This document shows, one piece after another, positions 19,035 to 29,392 of a DNA stretch of 64,000 bases (position 1 is the first letter of the stretch; every line of letters begins with the position of its first letter). The DNA comes from Acidobacteriota bacterium (GTDB lineage Bacteria > Acidobacteriota > Thermoanaerobaculia > Gp7-AA8), in contig JAFATB010000012.1 in the NCBI GenBank assembly GCA_019244185.1, positions 1-64,000 on the forward strand. The letters are read 5' to 3'. Both the position numbers and the translations under genes were made by a program. Below the pieces are notes generated by a model that did not search any database, was not told the DNA's origin, and saw nothing but the letters and a program-made list of their open reading frames with translations.

Positions 19035-19448
19035 ATGACGCGCAGGGTATTCGTCGACACGTGGTTCTTCGCCGCGCTACTGGATGCGCGTGATTCGCAC
19101 CACCGCGAGGCAAGAGCGATCGAGAAACGCTATTCGGCGTACCACCTGCTGACGCACGACGCCGTGCTCACCGAACTGCTCTCGTATTTCTCCGAGTTCG
19201 GCGCGCAGATGCGGCGAGCCGCCGTCGCAATTGTGCGGAACGCATTCACGCAAATGCATGTCGTCCACGCCGACGAGGCGCTCTTCCGCCGCGCCGTCGA
19301 TCTCTACGAAGCCCGCCCGGACAAGGGCTACTCGCTCGCCGACTGCATGTCGATGCTCGTGATGCGCGACCGCGGCATCACCCACATCCTCACGAACGAC
19401 CATCACTTCCGCCAGGAAGGCTTCACCGTCGTTTCCGACGCGCCATGA
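19035..19448 (+). CDS. vapC: PIN-domain (VapC-type) toxin
   Basis: VFVDT, VLTE, SLADCMS, LTNDHHF (acidic PIN tetrad); ATG directly follows the dxs TAG. Confidence 0.9.
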   Translation: MTRRVFVDTWFFAALLDARDSHHREARAIEKRYSAYHLLTHDAVLTELLSYFSEFGAQMRRAAVAIVRNAFTQMHVVHADEALFRRAVDLYEARPDKGYSLADCMSMLVMRDRGITHILTNDHHFRQEGFTVVSDAP

Positions 19449-20206
19449 AGAAGCAGCGGCTCGACCTCGCGGTCGTCGAGCGGGGTCTCGCGGATACGCG
19501 GTCGAAGGCGCAGTCGCTGATCATGGCCCGGCGCGTTCTCGTGAACGGGCAGTTCGTCGACAAAGCCGGCGCGACGGTCAACGAGGACGACGAGGTGCGC
19601 GTCGCGGAGCTCGAGCATCCGTGGGTCGGGCGGGGCGGGATGAAGCTCGCGCACGCGCTCGAGCAGTTCGCGATCGACGTGCGCGGGAAGGTGTGCGCGG
19701 ACATCGGCGCGTCGACCGGCGGTTTCACCGACGTGATGTTGCAGCACGGCGCGGTGAAGGTGTACGCGATCGACGTCGGCTATGGACAGCTCGACGCGTC
19801 GCTGCGCAACGATCCGCGCGTCGTGAATCGCGAGAAAGTGAACGCGCGCTATCTGCAGCCGGAGAACTTCGACGAGCCGATCGACTTCCTCTCCATCGAC
19901 GTGTCGTTCATTCCGCTGAAGCTGATCCTGCCCGCGGTCGTGACATTCCTGCGCGGCGAGCTGGTGGCGCTGATCAAGCCGCAGTTCGAAGTCGGACGGC
20001 ACGACGTCGGAAAGGGCGGAATCGTGCGCGACGACGCGAAACGCGCGGCGGCGGTGGAAGCGGTGGTGGCGTTCGCGCGCGAACTCCAACTAGACGTCCG
20101 CGGGGTGATTGAGAGTCCTGTCAAAGGTGCCGAGGGGAACGTCGAGTTCCTCATGCACGCAACGACAGGTACTCGCGCAATCCCGCACGCCACGACTCCG
20201 GAGTAG
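19445..20206 (+). CDS. tlyA: TlyA rRNA 2'-O-methyltransferase
   Basis: S4 domain KQRLD; RGGMKL, DIGASTGGFTD, DVSFI, LIKPQFE, GNVEF. Confidence 0.95.
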   Translation: MKKQRLDLAVVERGLADTRSKAQSLIMARRVLVNGQFVDKAGATVNEDDEVRVAELEHPWVGRGGMKLAHALEQFAIDVRGKVCADIGASTGGFTDVMLQHGAVKVYAIDVGYGQLDASLRNDPRVVNREKVNARYLQPENFDEPIDFLSIDVSFIPLKLILPAVVTFLRGELVALIKPQFEVGRHDVGKGGIVRDDAKRAAAVEAVVAFARELQLDVRGVIESPVKGAEGNVEFLMHATTGTRAIPHATTPE

Positions 20207-21014
20207 CGCCGGTGAGCTGCTCGTAGCGCCGCGTCGAGAGCACCGAATACGCGGGACGCACAGCCGGGCGCGGGAACTCGTCGGAGGTGACCGGCTTCAC
20301 GGTGACGTCGCTGCCGGCTTCCTCCGCGATCGCGGACGCGAAATCGAACCACGAACACTCGTCTGCATCGGCGTAGTGCACGACGCCGCGCGCGTTCGCA
20401 TCGACGAGCCGCACGATCGCTTGTGCGAGATGCGGCGTGTACGTCGGACGTCCGCGCTGATCGGAGACGACGCGTAGCGGATTCGTTCCCTTGCGGATCT
20501 GATTGCGAATGGCCTCGACGAAGTTCGGGCCGTGCACACCGAAGAGCCACGACGTGCGCACGATGAGGTGTCGCTCGGCGTGCGTGGCCGCGATCTCGCC
20601 GAGGAGCTTCGAGCGGCCGTATGCGGACAGAGGCCGCGTGGTGTCAGCGGGCTCGTACGGCGTGCGCTTGCTGCCGTCGAACACGAAGTCGGTCGAGAGA
20701 TGCACGAGCAGCGCGCCGACCTCGTTCGCGGCGTGCGCGAGGAGCTCGACGGCCGAGCCGTTGATCGCGTTCGCGGCGCTCTCGTCCGTCTCCGCCTGAT
20801 CGACTTTCGTGTACGCGGCGCAGTTGAGAATCACCGCGGGCGTATGTTCGGTGACGCACTGCTCGACGCAGCGTGCATTCGTGACGTCGAGCTCGTCGCG
20901 GCGCAGCGCGACGACGCGTTCACCGCGCGCGTCCAGCGTCGCGCGGAGGTCGTGGCCGACCATTCCGCCGGCGCCGGTGATGAGCCAGGTGCTGGGGGAC
21001 GGCGCGGGAGGCAC
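20151..21014 (-). CDS. rfbD: dTDP-4-dehydrorhamnose reductase
   Basis: TGAGGMVG, NCAAYTKVD, STDFVFDG, YGRSK, DQRGRPT. Confidence 0.94.
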   Translation of the reverse strand: MPPAPSPSTWLITGAGGMVGHDLRATLDARGERVVALRRDELDVTNARCVEQCVTEHTPAVILNCAAYTKVDQAETDESAANAINGSAVELLAHAANEVGALLVHLSTDFVFDGSKRTPYEPADTTRPLSAYGRSKLLGEIAATHAERHLIVRTSWLFGVHGPNFVEAIRNQIRKGTNPLRVVSDQRGRPTYTPHLAQAIVRLVDANARGVVHYADADECSWFDFASAIAEEAGSDVTVKPVTSDEFPRPAVRPAYSVLSTRRYEQLTGATPESWRAGLREYLSLRA

Positions 21015-21208
21015 TACGCGGTCTTGTCGTTCGACGAATCGGACTTCGGAAGCGCCCGGGCGTCGTCACGGCCTTTGTTCAGACCGTCGCGGAAGTTCGA
21101 GATGCCCTCGCCCAGGCCTTTGCCGAGCTGCGGCAGCTTGCTCGCGCCGAAGACCACGATCACGATGACGAGAATGACGAGGAGTTCCGGTAAACCCAGC
21201 GATCCCAT
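21014..21208 (-). CDS. tatA: Twin-arginine translocase TatA
   Basis: [13 protein letters not shown]...[14 protein letters not shown]; GGAGG SD. Confidence 0.92.
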   Translation of the reverse strand: MGSLGLPELLVILVIVIVVFGASKLPQLGKGLGEGISNFRDGLNKGRDDARALPKSDSSNDKTA

Positions 21209-21326
21209 GAATTCAGCCTCCGAGGATTGACGCGACAGTGTTGCATAGAACATCGCCGCGCGGAAATGCGTTCCAAAGGAAGGAAAAGCCGCATGCCGCG
21301 CTGCTACCATGCGCGGCGCAAACCCG

Positions 21327-23642
21327 ATGATCGATCTCTCCGGACTCAATCCCCAACAACGCGAAGCCGTGACGCACGGCAGCGGGCCGCTGCTGGTGCT
21401 CGCCGGCGCCGGCTCGGGCAAGACGCGCGTCATCACGTACCGCATCGCGTACCTCATCGGCGAGCGCGGCGTGCGCCCGTCGAACATCCTCGCGGTGACG
21501 TTCACGAACAAAGCCGCGAACGAGATGCTGCAGCGCGTCGACCACCTCGTGCCCGCCACCGGCGGCGGGCGTCCCGTCGTTGGCACCTTCCATTCGACTT
21601 CCCTGCGCGTCCTTCGCCGCTACGCCGACCGTCTCGGCTTCACGAAATCCTTCGCGATCTACGACACCTCCGACCAGCTCACGCTCATCCGCCGCTGCAT
21701 GCGCGAGCTCAACGTGAACGACGAGGCGTTTCCGCCGCGCTCCGTGCTCACGCGCATCTCCAACGCGAAGAACGAGCTGATCGGCCCGGTCGAATACGAG
21801 AAGACGAACCTCGACTTCTTCGGCGCGCGCGTCTCCGAGATTTACCGCCTGTATCAGAAGAAGCTGCGCGAGTTCGACGCGATGGATTTCGACGATCTGA
21901 TCGGCAACTACGTGCAGTTGCTCGAAAAGAACGACGATGTGCGCGGCGAGCTGCACGAGCGCTTTCCGCACCTCCTCATCGACGAGTATCAGGACACCAA
22001 CCGCGCGCAGTACGTGCTCGTGAAGCTCCTCGCCGGCAAGGAAGGCAACATCATGGCGGTGGGCGACGAGGACCAGTCGATCTACCGCTTCCGCGGCGCA
22101 GACATCAATAACATCCTCAATTTCGAGCAGGATTTTCCAGGCGCTAAAATCATCAAGCTGGAACAGAACTACCGCTCCACCGGCAACATCCTCGACGCGG
22201 CCACCGGGGTCGTTTCGAACAACGTCGCGCGCAAGGGGAAACGCCTCTTCACGACGGGGGGCAGCGGCGATCCGGTGCGCGTCGTCACGACGAGCAACGA
22301 GCGCGAGGAGGCGCAGTTCGTGCTCGAGAAGATCTCGGCGCTGAAGTCGAAGTACAAGCTCTCCGACTTCGCGATTCTCTTCCGCACGAACGCGCAGTCG
22401 CGGCCGTTTGAAGAAGAGCTGCTGCGCGCGAACATCCCGTACACCGTCGTCGGCGGCGTGAAGTTCTACGAGCGCGCCGAGATCAAGGACGTGCTGTCGT
22501 TCGTGCGCGTGACCGTGCGGCCGCACGACACGCCGTCGGTCGAGCGCGTGATCAACGTGCCGTCGCGCGGCATCGGCGACACGACGGTCAATACGTTGAC
22601 CGAAGTGGCTGCGCAGCGGAACGCGACGCTCTGGACCGTCATCGAAGGCGATCTCTCGTTCCTGCCGTCGCGCGCGGCGAAGGCGGTACGCGAGTTCCGC
22701 GAGATCGTGCACGACCTCCAGCGCGCGTCGACGAATCCGATTCCCGACTTCATCGACTACGTGCTGCTGCGCACCGGCTACCGGCGCATGCTGCAGGAGT
22801 CGCGCGATCTGCAGGACGAGTCGCGCCTCGAGAACGTCGACGAGCTCTTGAACTCCGCGCGTGAGTACTACGAGCAGAACCCGCAGTCGGCGCTCACCGA
22901 TTACCTCGATTCGCTGACGCTGATGTCGGATCTCGACCGCTACGAGTCGCAGAAGGGCGTCACGCTGATGACGCTGCACTCCGCGAAGGGCCTCGAATTC
23001 AAGACCGTGTTCTTGGCCGGGATGGAGGAAGGGATCCTGCCGCACTCGCAGTCGCTCGAGCAGAACGACGAGCTCGAGGAAGAGCGGCGGCTCTGCTACG
23101 TCGGCATGACGCGCGCGCGCGAGCTGCTGTTCTGCCTCCACGCGCACGAGCGCCGGCTGCACGGGAAGTTTCGCGAGCAAAGCCCTTCGCCATTTCTCTC
23201 GGAGATTCCGGAAGAAGTCCGCGAAGAAATCCGCCTCGGCCGCTTCTCGTCGCCGTCGCGCGAGCCGAGCTGGCGCGAGCGTCCGCTGCCGCCGCGACCT
23301 TCGTTCATGCCACCGCGTGGCGGCCAGCCGCCGCGCGCCGCGTCGTCGTCTTCCGCGCCGTCGCAGCCGAAGCGCAACGAGTCGGTCAACGGCGTGCTGT
23401 CGTTCTTCCAGAACGCGCCCGTGCAGTTCGATCCCGGCGCGATCAACGCGGCGAAAGCGCAACCGCAAAGCGGCGCCTCGGCGGAGCTCAAGCGCGGCCA
23501 GCGCGTGCGCCACGATCAGTTCGGCGTCGGCACGATCCTGACGATGGAAGGGAGCGGTCCCGACGCGAAGCTGACGGTGTACTTCGAGCGCTTCGGCTCG
23601 AAGAAGTTCATCGCGCGCTTCGCGAAGCTGACGCGGATCTGA
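21327..23642 (+). CDS. pcrA: UvrD/PcrA helicase with C-terminal Tudor-like domain
   Basis: [43 protein letters not shown]; VRHDQFGVG tail. Confidence 0.95.
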   Translation: MIDLSGLNPQQREAVTHGSGPLLVLAGAGSGKTRVITYRIAYLIGERGVRPSNILAVTFTNKAANEMLQRVDHLVPATGGGRPVVGTFHSTSLRVLRRYADRLGFTKSFAIYDTSDQLTLIRRCMRELNVNDEAFPPRSVLTRISNAKNELIGPVEYEKTNLDFFGARVSEIYRLYQKKLREFDAMDFDDLIGNYVQLLEKNDDVRGELHERFPHLLIDEYQDTNRAQYVLVKLLAGKEGNIMAVGDEDQSIYRFRGADINNILNFEQDFPGAKIIKLEQNYRSTGNILDAATGVVSNNVARKGKRLFTTGGSGDPVRVVTTSNEREEAQFVLEKISALKSKYKLSDFAILFRTNAQSRPFEEELLRANIPYTVVGGVKFYERAEIKDVLSFVRVTVRPHDTPSVERVINVPSRGIGDTTVNTLTEVAAQRNATLWTVIEGDLSFLPSRAAKAVREFREIVHDLQRASTNPIPDFIDYVLLRTGYRRMLQESRDLQDESRLENVDELLNSAREYYEQNPQSALTDYLDSLTLMSDLDRYESQKGVTLMTLHSAKGLEFKTVFLAGMEEGILPHSQSLEQNDELEEERRLCYVGMTRARELLFCLHAHERRLHGKFREQSPSPFLSEIPEEVREEIRLGRFSSPSREPSWRERPLPPRPSFMPPRGGQPPRAASSSSAPSQPKRNESVNGVLSFFQNAPVQFDPGAINAAKAQPQSGASAELKRGQRVRHDQFGVGTILTMEGSGPDAKLTVYFERFGSKKFIARFAKLTRI

Positions 23643-23646
23643 GCGG

Positions 23647-25503
23647 CTACGACTTGTTCGTCGCGCGCCGCCGGCGTGCGTGCAGGCGGTCGATGAGCTT
23701 CGTGGCGCTGCGCACCTGCTCGAGGATCTTTTCTTCGAGTCCGGCGCCTTTGGTCTTGAAGCTCTTCGCGCGGCGGAAGACCTGGCGGGCGCGGTCCTTC
23801 TGGCCGCTTTCGAGGAGCGCCATGCCGAGATGCATGAGGTTCGTCGAGGTGGGGCCGAGGTCGGCGGATTTCGAGAGGAAATCGACGGCGCTCTTGAAGT
23901 CGCGGCGTTTGAAGTAGACCCAGCCGAGTGCGGCGAGCGGGAACTGCTTGAGCTCTTTCGGCGAGTAGCGGAGCGCGAGCTGCGCGCTCTCGAGCGCCTC
24001 GTCGAGGTTCTCTTCCATCTCGGCGAGGTTGTACGCCTTCTCGTAGTAGGCGATCGACTTCGCGTAGTTCGAGGTGTAGTCGCGGAGCATGTCCTCGAGG
24101 ACGTGGTTCGCTTCCTTGAAGTTGCCTTCCGCGCGCAGCGCCTCGACGAGCGTCGTGTACGCGGCGGCGGCGACCATCTCCGCGGGGTGCTGCTTGAGAA
24201 TGCGACGCGCGACGGCGATCGCCTCCGAGTTCATATCCAGGTGGGAACAAAGCAGCGCGTACGGCAGGAGCACGTTGACGTTCTCCGGCTCTTCCTGCGC
24301 GGCACGCCGATAGTGATCGAGCGCCTCGGCATAATTGCCTTCACTCGTCAGCGACTCGGCGACGTTCATCACCTGCGCGGCCGGGCCTTCGACCGGCACG
24401 TGGCCGCGGATGCCCTCGTAGATCTTGACCGCCTGCTGGTACTCCATCTTGTTGGGATTGAGCTCCAGCGCTTCCTGGAAGCATTCGATCGCTTTGCGGT
24501 TCCAATTGCGATCGAGATAGCAGATGCCGAGGTGGTAGATCGCTTCCTCGTAATCAGGATCGAGCTTCAGCGCGGCCTGGAACGAGCGAATCGAGCGCTC
24601 GATCTGCCCTTTCTCGTAGAAGATCGTGCCGAGCAGGTAGTACGCCTGCGGGATCGCTTCGAGCTGGATCGCTTTCTCGAGGAACTTCTGCGCGCGAAGG
24701 AGCTTGCCTTTGCGCGCGTAGATCGCGCCGAGGGAAAAGTACGGGAGGAACGACTCCTGGGAGATCTGGATCGCGCGGCGCAGCCAGCGCTCGGCGCCTT
24801 TGAGATCCTGACGCTCGTGCTGCAGGACGCCGTAGAAGACCGCGGCATCGAAGTGATCGGGCTGCACTTCGAGCGTGCGCTCGAGGTACTGCTTGGCGCG
24901 GTCGAGATTGCCGTCGTTGAAGAACATCTCGCCGAGGAAGAAGGAGAGCTCGTAGTTGTCGCGGTCGAGGCGGAACGCTTCCTCCAGATGCTTCATCCCG
25001 CGGTCGGGATCGAAGCCGTCGAACGCCGCCTCGGCGTCGGCGACGAGGAGCAGGAAGCGCTCGCGCTTTTCGCCGCGGAAGAGCGAGACCATGCGGTCCT
25101 TGCGCTCGGTGAAGCGCTGCTTCTTCTCGAGCGCGAGCATCTGCTCGCCCATCTTCGATTCCCACAGCTCGACGACTTCGTCGGACGTGAGGAGATTCTT
25201 CTTCTCGAGGATTTCCTTGACGGAGAGCAGACCGGTCTGATTGATGAAGATCGCGCGCTCGTGCTTTTGCACGGCGTCGACGAGCGAGCGAATGGTTTCC
25301 GCGCTGCGCTTGACAATCTCCTCGATCGCCGAGACGCGTTCGAGCAGATGCTCGTCGAGGGAGAGGTCTTCTTCTTCCTCGTATTCTTCGAGATCGTCTT
25401 CCTCGAACGACTGAACGCCGGAGAGCACGAGCAGCTTGTTCTGGCAGCGAAAGCAGAACTCGCGCTCGTCGTCGTTAAACGCGCTGCAGGTCTGGCAAAG
25501 CAT
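23647..25503 (-). CDS. Zinc-ribbon + TPR repeat protein
   Basis: N-terminal CQTC...CFRC, acidic linker, coiled coil, many TPR units. Confidence 0.85.
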   Translation of the reverse strand: MLCQTCSAFNDDEREFCFRCQNKLLVLSGVQSFEEDDLEEYEEEEDLSLDEHLLERVSAIEEIVKRSAETIRSLVDAVQKHERAIFINQTGLLSVKEILEKKNLLTSDEVVELWESKMGEQMLALEKKQRFTERKDRMVSLFRGEKRERFLLLVADAEAAFDGFDPDRGMKHLEEAFRLDRDNYELSFFLGEMFFNDGNLDRAKQYLERTLEVQPDHFDAAVFYGVLQHERQDLKGAERWLRRAIQISQESFLPYFSLGAIYARKGKLLRAQKFLEKAIQLEAIPQAYYLLGTIFYEKGQIERSIRSFQAALKLDPDYEEAIYHLGICYLDRNWNRKAIECFQEALELNPNKMEYQQAVKIYEGIRGHVPVEGPAAQVMNVAESLTSEGNYAEALDHYRRAAQEEPENVNVLLPYALLCSHLDMNSEAIAVARRILKQHPAEMVAAAAYTTLVEALRAEGNFKEANHVLEDMLRDYTSNYAKSIAYYEKAYNLAEMEENLDEALESAQLALRYSPKELKQFPLAALGWVYFKRRDFKSAVDFLSKSADLGPTSTNLMHLGMALLESGQKDRARQVFRRAKSFKTKGAGLEEKILEQVRSATKLIDRLHARRRRATNKS

Positions 25504-25539
25504 GGGTTATCGAGTGTTGAGAACAGCGATCCTATCGCA

Positions 25540-26388
25540 TCACTTCCGGTAGTCGTAGAAGCCGCGGCCGCTCTTGCGGCCGAGCCAGCCGGCGTCGACC
25601 ATCTTCACGAGCAGCGGGCACGGACGATATTTCGGATCGCCGAATCCCTGCTCGAGCACGCGCAAAATCGCCAGGCAAACGTCGAGGCCGATGAAGTCCG
25701 CGAGCGTGAGCGGACCCATCGGATGGTTCATGCCGAGCTTCATCACGCCGTCGATGGCCTCGCGCGTGGCGACGCCTTCATACAACGCGAAGATCGCCTC
25801 GTTGATCATCGGCATCAGCACGCGATTCGAGATGAAGCCGGGATAGTCGTTGACCTCGATGGGCGTCTTGCCCATGCGCTTGGAGAGGTCTTCGACTTTC
25901 ATGTACGTGTCGTCGGACGTGGCGATGCCGCGGATCACTTCGACGAGCGTCATCACCGGCACCGGATTCATGAAGTGCATGCCGATGACCTGCTCGGGGC
26001 GTTTCGTCGCCGCGGCGATTTTCGTGATGGAGATCGACGACGTGTTCGACGCGAGGATGCACTCCGGCTTCGTGACCTCGTCGAGCCTGGCGAAGAGCTG
26101 CGTCTTCGCGTCGAGTTGTTCGATGATCGCCTCGATGACGATGTCGGCGTCGGCAACGCTCGCGACATCCGTTTTTCGCGAGATGCGCGCGAGCACGGCG
26201 TCGCGCTCTTCCGCGGTCATCTTGCCTTTGTCGACGCCGCGCTGCAGGTTCGCGGTGATGGTCGAAAACGCGCGGTCGAGGATCGCCTCGCTGACGTCCA
26301 CGAGCGCGACGTCGAAGCCGCTCGCCGCGGCGGTATGGGCGATGCCGTTGCCCATCGTGCCGCCGCCGATGACGACGATGTTCTTCAT
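25540..26388 (-). CDS. hbd: 3-hydroxybutyryl-CoA dehydrogenase
   Basis: ATG 26388; [29 protein letters not shown]. Confidence 0.94.
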   Translation of the reverse strand: MKNIVVIGGGTMGNGIAHTAAASGFDVALVDVSEAILDRAFSTITANLQRGVDKGKMTAEERDAVLARISRKTDVASVADADIVIEAIIEQLDAKTQLFARLDEVTKPECILASNTSSISITKIAAATKRPEQVIGMHFMNPVPVMTLVEVIRGIATSDDTYMKVEDLSKRMGKTPIEVNDYPGFISNRVLMPMINEAIFALYEGVATREAIDGVMKLGMNHPMGPLTLADFIGLDVCLAILRVLEQGFGDPKYRPCPLLVKMVDAGWLGRKSGRGFYDYRK

Positions 26389-26461
26389 GGCGGCGGACTC
26401 TATCGTACTTGTCGCGAGCCGAGGAAGGCGCGTAAGATCGGTCGCTCGGCGGATCGAGATC

Positions 26462-27664
26462 ATGGCCCGGAAATGCTTCATGTGCGGTGCGGAGGTGGGG
26501 AGCGGCATCCTCTGCGAGCGCTGCGACAAGCCTCGCAAAAAATCCAACCCACCGACTTCCATCGACAAGCTCGTGAGCGGCGCGTCCGCACCGGATGCGA
26601 CGCCTCCAACACCGTCGCGCAGCGCGGAAGCAACCGCGCCGCAACTGCAGCCCGATCCGTTTCCAAAAGCTCCGATCCTGCCGTTTCCCGTGGAGTCCGC
26701 GTCGCCCGCGATCACGAGCGTCGTGAATCTCCTCGTCGCCTCCGGCGCCGCCTCGATCCTTCTCGGACCCGACCGCAGTGTGAAGTTCGTCTCCGACGCG
26801 GCGAAGAAGCTCTTCGATGCGTCGCAGTCGGATCTCGCCTCTGTCGCCGCCTTCGAAGCGCGCGCGGGCATCCGCGTGACGAACCTCAGCGTGCCGACGA
26901 CCGCCGGCATCCGCATCGGCAACCGCAACTTCATTTACACGCTCGTGCCGATGTCGGGCGGCGCCAGTGGCGCGGTGCTCGTCTTCCGCGAAACGGACGT
27001 GGCCAACGAGGCGCACGCCTCCTTCGTCACGTACGTTCGTGAAACCGTTTTCAGCCCGCTGCGCGCGTTGCGCGATTCGCTGCTCGCCGCGGCGCGTACG
27101 CGCAACGATCACTTCCTCGCCGACTCCGCCGCGGGACTCGAGCAGGTGCTGTCGTCGCTCGAGCTCGCGCCCGAAGTCGCGGAGTCGAGCGCCGCGCGTC
27201 CCGTCCCGACCGTCACCGACGTGGTGCGCCGCGTGGCCGAGCGCTTCCGCGCGTACGCGGACCTGAAAGGCATCGCCTTCGAGGTCGACGTGCAGGAACT
27301 CGAGGAACGCATGACCGATCACGAGCAGCTCGCCGACGCGCTCGCGATCCTCATGGACAACGCGCTGCACTACGTACCCGCCGGCGGCCAGGTCGTGATC
27401 GGCGTGCGCTGGATGGAGCACAAGGGGAAGCCGCTGCTGCTGTTTTTCGTGATGGACAACGGGCCGCTCGTCCCCGAAGCGCTGCGGCAGACGATCTTCG
27501 AACCGTCGTTCGCCTGGAATCCCTCGTCCACCGAACGCACCGGCCGCGCGCTCTTCAAGACGCGTGAATTTGCCGTCGCGCACGCGGGTTCCGTCTGGGT
27601 GGAATCGAAGACCGGCAAGGCGTGCACGTTCTTCCTGCGCGTGCGTCCCGACGGCGTCCACTGA
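26462..27664 (+). CDS. Zinc-ribbon/PAS-like/HATPase protein, degenerate histidine kinase
   Basis: CFMC..CERC; N-box [25 protein letters not shown]; H-box lacks His. Confidence 0.75.
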   Translation: MARKCFMCGAEVGSGILCERCDKPRKKSNPPTSIDKLVSGASAPDATPPTPSRSAEATAPQLQPDPFPKAPILPFPVESASPAITSVVNLLVASGAASILLGPDRSVKFVSDAAKKLFDASQSDLASVAAFEARAGIRVTNLSVPTTAGIRIGNRNFIYTLVPMSGGASGAVLVFRETDVANEAHASFVTYVRETVFSPLRALRDSLLAAARTRNDHFLADSAAGLEQVLSSLELAPEVAESSAARPVPTVTDVVRRVAERFRAYADLKGIAFEVDVQELEERMTDHEQLADALAILMDNALHYVPAGGQVVIGVRWMEHKGKPLLLFFVMDNGPLVPEALRQTIFEPSFAWNPSSTERTGRALFKTREFAVAHAGSVWVESKTGKACTFFLRVRPDGVH

Positions 27665-27669
27665 GTCCC

Positions 27670-28137
27670 ATGAAACGAGCCCTGGTCCTCCTCGCGTTTG
27701 CGTGCGCCTCCGTGCGCGCATTTGCCGCAACGAACAACGACATCAACGCCGAGAACGTGCTCGCGCTGATGAACGACTATCGCGCCGAGCAACACCTTCC
27801 GCCGCTGCGGCTCGACACGACCCTCAACGCCGTCGCCGCCGATCGTATGCGCGACATGGAAGACACCGAGTACTGGAGCCACGAGTCGCCCGACGGCACG
27901 TCGCCCTTCGTCTGGCTCACCGTCGAGCACTATCCCTACCGCTTCGCCGGCGAGAATCTCGCGAACGGTTTCGAGACCGCGCACCTCCTCGTCGACTCGT
28001 GGATGGAATCGCCCGGCCACCGCGAGAACATCCTCTCCACCGACTTCGACGAATGCGGCATCGCCATCATCGACGGCTCCACCAAAGGCCCCGCCACCGG
28101 CAAGTCGATCGTCGTGATGTTCGGGCGGCGTCGGTGA
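27670..28137 (+). CDS. Secreted CAP/SCP-domain protein
   Basis: Signal peptide; NDYR, SHESPDG, AGENLA, WMESPGHRENIL. Confidence 0.9.
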   Translation: MKRALVLLAFACASVRAFAATNNDINAENVLALMNDYRAEQHLPPLRLDTTLNAVAADRMRDMEDTEYWSHESPDGTSPFVWLTVEHYPYRFAGENLANGFETAHLLVDSWMESPGHRENILSTDFDECGIAIIDGSTKGPATGKSIVVMFGRRR

Positions 28138-28142
28138 GGGAT

Positions 28143-28303
28143 GACCGAGGGGCCTCCGGCGGGCCGGCGCGGCCGGCAGCGCTAAGGGCTTAGCCAGTAC
28201 GCACGTGCTGCTGCCTTCAACGACGTTAACCGCGACCGCACGTGCGTCTAGGCTAGGCCCTTAGCGCTGCCGGCCGCGCCGGCCCGCCGGAGGCCTCCCG
28301 GTC
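28143..28303. repeat. Long inverted repeat (REPIN/MITE-like)
   Basis: 66-bp arms 28143-28208 and 28238-28303, about 60/66 complementary, with a 29-nt spacer. Confidence 0.85.
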
Positions 28304-28306
28304 GTC

Positions 28307-29392
28307 CTACACCACCCGCACGGACGGATCGATCTCGCGCGACCAGCGGGACATGCCGCCGACTAGGTTCTTGACCTTCGAATACCCGGAGGCCTGGAGG
28401 AACTGTTGGGCGTGGGCGCTGCGGCCGCCGGAGCGGCAGATCATCACGATCTCGGCGTCGCGGGGGATCTCGTCGATGCGGCGTTGGAGTTGGCCGAGGG
28501 GGATGTGCTGCGCGGAGGCGAGATGGCCGGCGTTCCATTCGTGCGGCTCGCGGACGTCGACGAGGACGAGTGCGTCGCCGCGCGCGATGCGTTCGGAGAG
28601 CTCGGCGGGAGTGATGTCGGTCGTTTCGTGCACGGGGCTGCAGAACTCCTCGTAGTCGATGAGCCGCGTGATGGCGGCGTGCGCGTCGCAGCGTTTCGCG
28701 ACTTTGAGCACGCGGAACGTCATCCGCAGCGCGTCGAAGAGTAGCAGACGTCCGGCGAGCGTCGTGCCGATCCCGGCGATGACTTTGATCGCCTCGGTGG
28801 CCTGGAACGTGCCGATGATGCCGGGGAGCACGCCGAGGACGCCGCCTTCGGCGCAGTTCGGCACGAGGTGCGGGGGCGGCGGCTCGGGATAGAGGCAGCG
28901 ATAGCAGGGACCGTCGTTGGTCGCGAAGACGGAGACCTGGCCTTCGAAGCGGAAGACGGAACCGTACACGTTCGGCTTGTTGAGGAGCACGCACGCGTCG
29001 TTCACGAGATAGCGCGTGGCGAAATTGTCGGTGCCGTCGAGCACGACATCGTAGGCGCGGAGGATCTCGAGCGCGTTCTCGGACGTGAGGCGCGCGGAGT
29101 GCGTGACGATGCGTACCTCGTCGTTGAGATCGGAGAGGCGCGCGCGTGCGGCTTCGAGTTTGGGGCGGCCGACGTCGGACGTGCCGTAGAGAATCTGGCG
29201 GTGGAGGTTCGTCGCGTCGACGTTGTCGAAGTCGACGAGGCCGATCGTGCCGACGCCGGCGGCGGCGAGGTAGGTCGCGGCGGGTGAGCCGAGGCCGCCG
29301 GCGCCGACGATGAGGACGGAGGCGGCGCGCAGCTTCTCCTGGCCGGCTTCGCCGAATTCGGGGAGTGCGATCTGGCGCGCGTAGCGGTTCAG
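28307..29392 (-). CDS. moeB: MoeB/ThiF adenylyltransferase with C-terminal rhodanese
   Basis: Frame open upstream of the track start: RYARQI, GAGGLGSP, TNLHRQ, DGTDNF, CYRCL, CRSGGRS. Probable CTG start at 29392. Confidence 0.9.
   Translation of the reverse strand: MNRYARQIALPEFGEAGQEKLRAASVLIVGAGGLGSPAATYLAAAGVGTIGLVDFDNVDATNLHRQILYGTSDVGRPKLEAARARLSDLNDEVRIVTHSARLTSENALEILRAYDVVLDGTDNFATRYLVNDACVLLNKPNVYGSVFRFEGQVSVFATNDGPCYRCLYPEPPPPHLVPNCAEGGVLGVLPGIIGTFQATEAIKVIAGIGTTLAGRLLLFDALRMTFRVLKVAKRCDAHAAITRLIDYEEFCSPVHETTDITPAELSERIARGDALVLVDVREPHEWNAGHLASAQHIPLGQLQRRIDEIPRDAEIVMICRSGGRSAHAQQFLQASGYSKVKNLVGGMSRWSREIDPSVRVV

Noticed and set aside
20151-20206. 56-bp convergent overlap of tlyA and rfbD
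   Set aside because: Short 3' overlaps are common in GC-rich genomes, and the tlyA tail lies beyond the last conserved motif.
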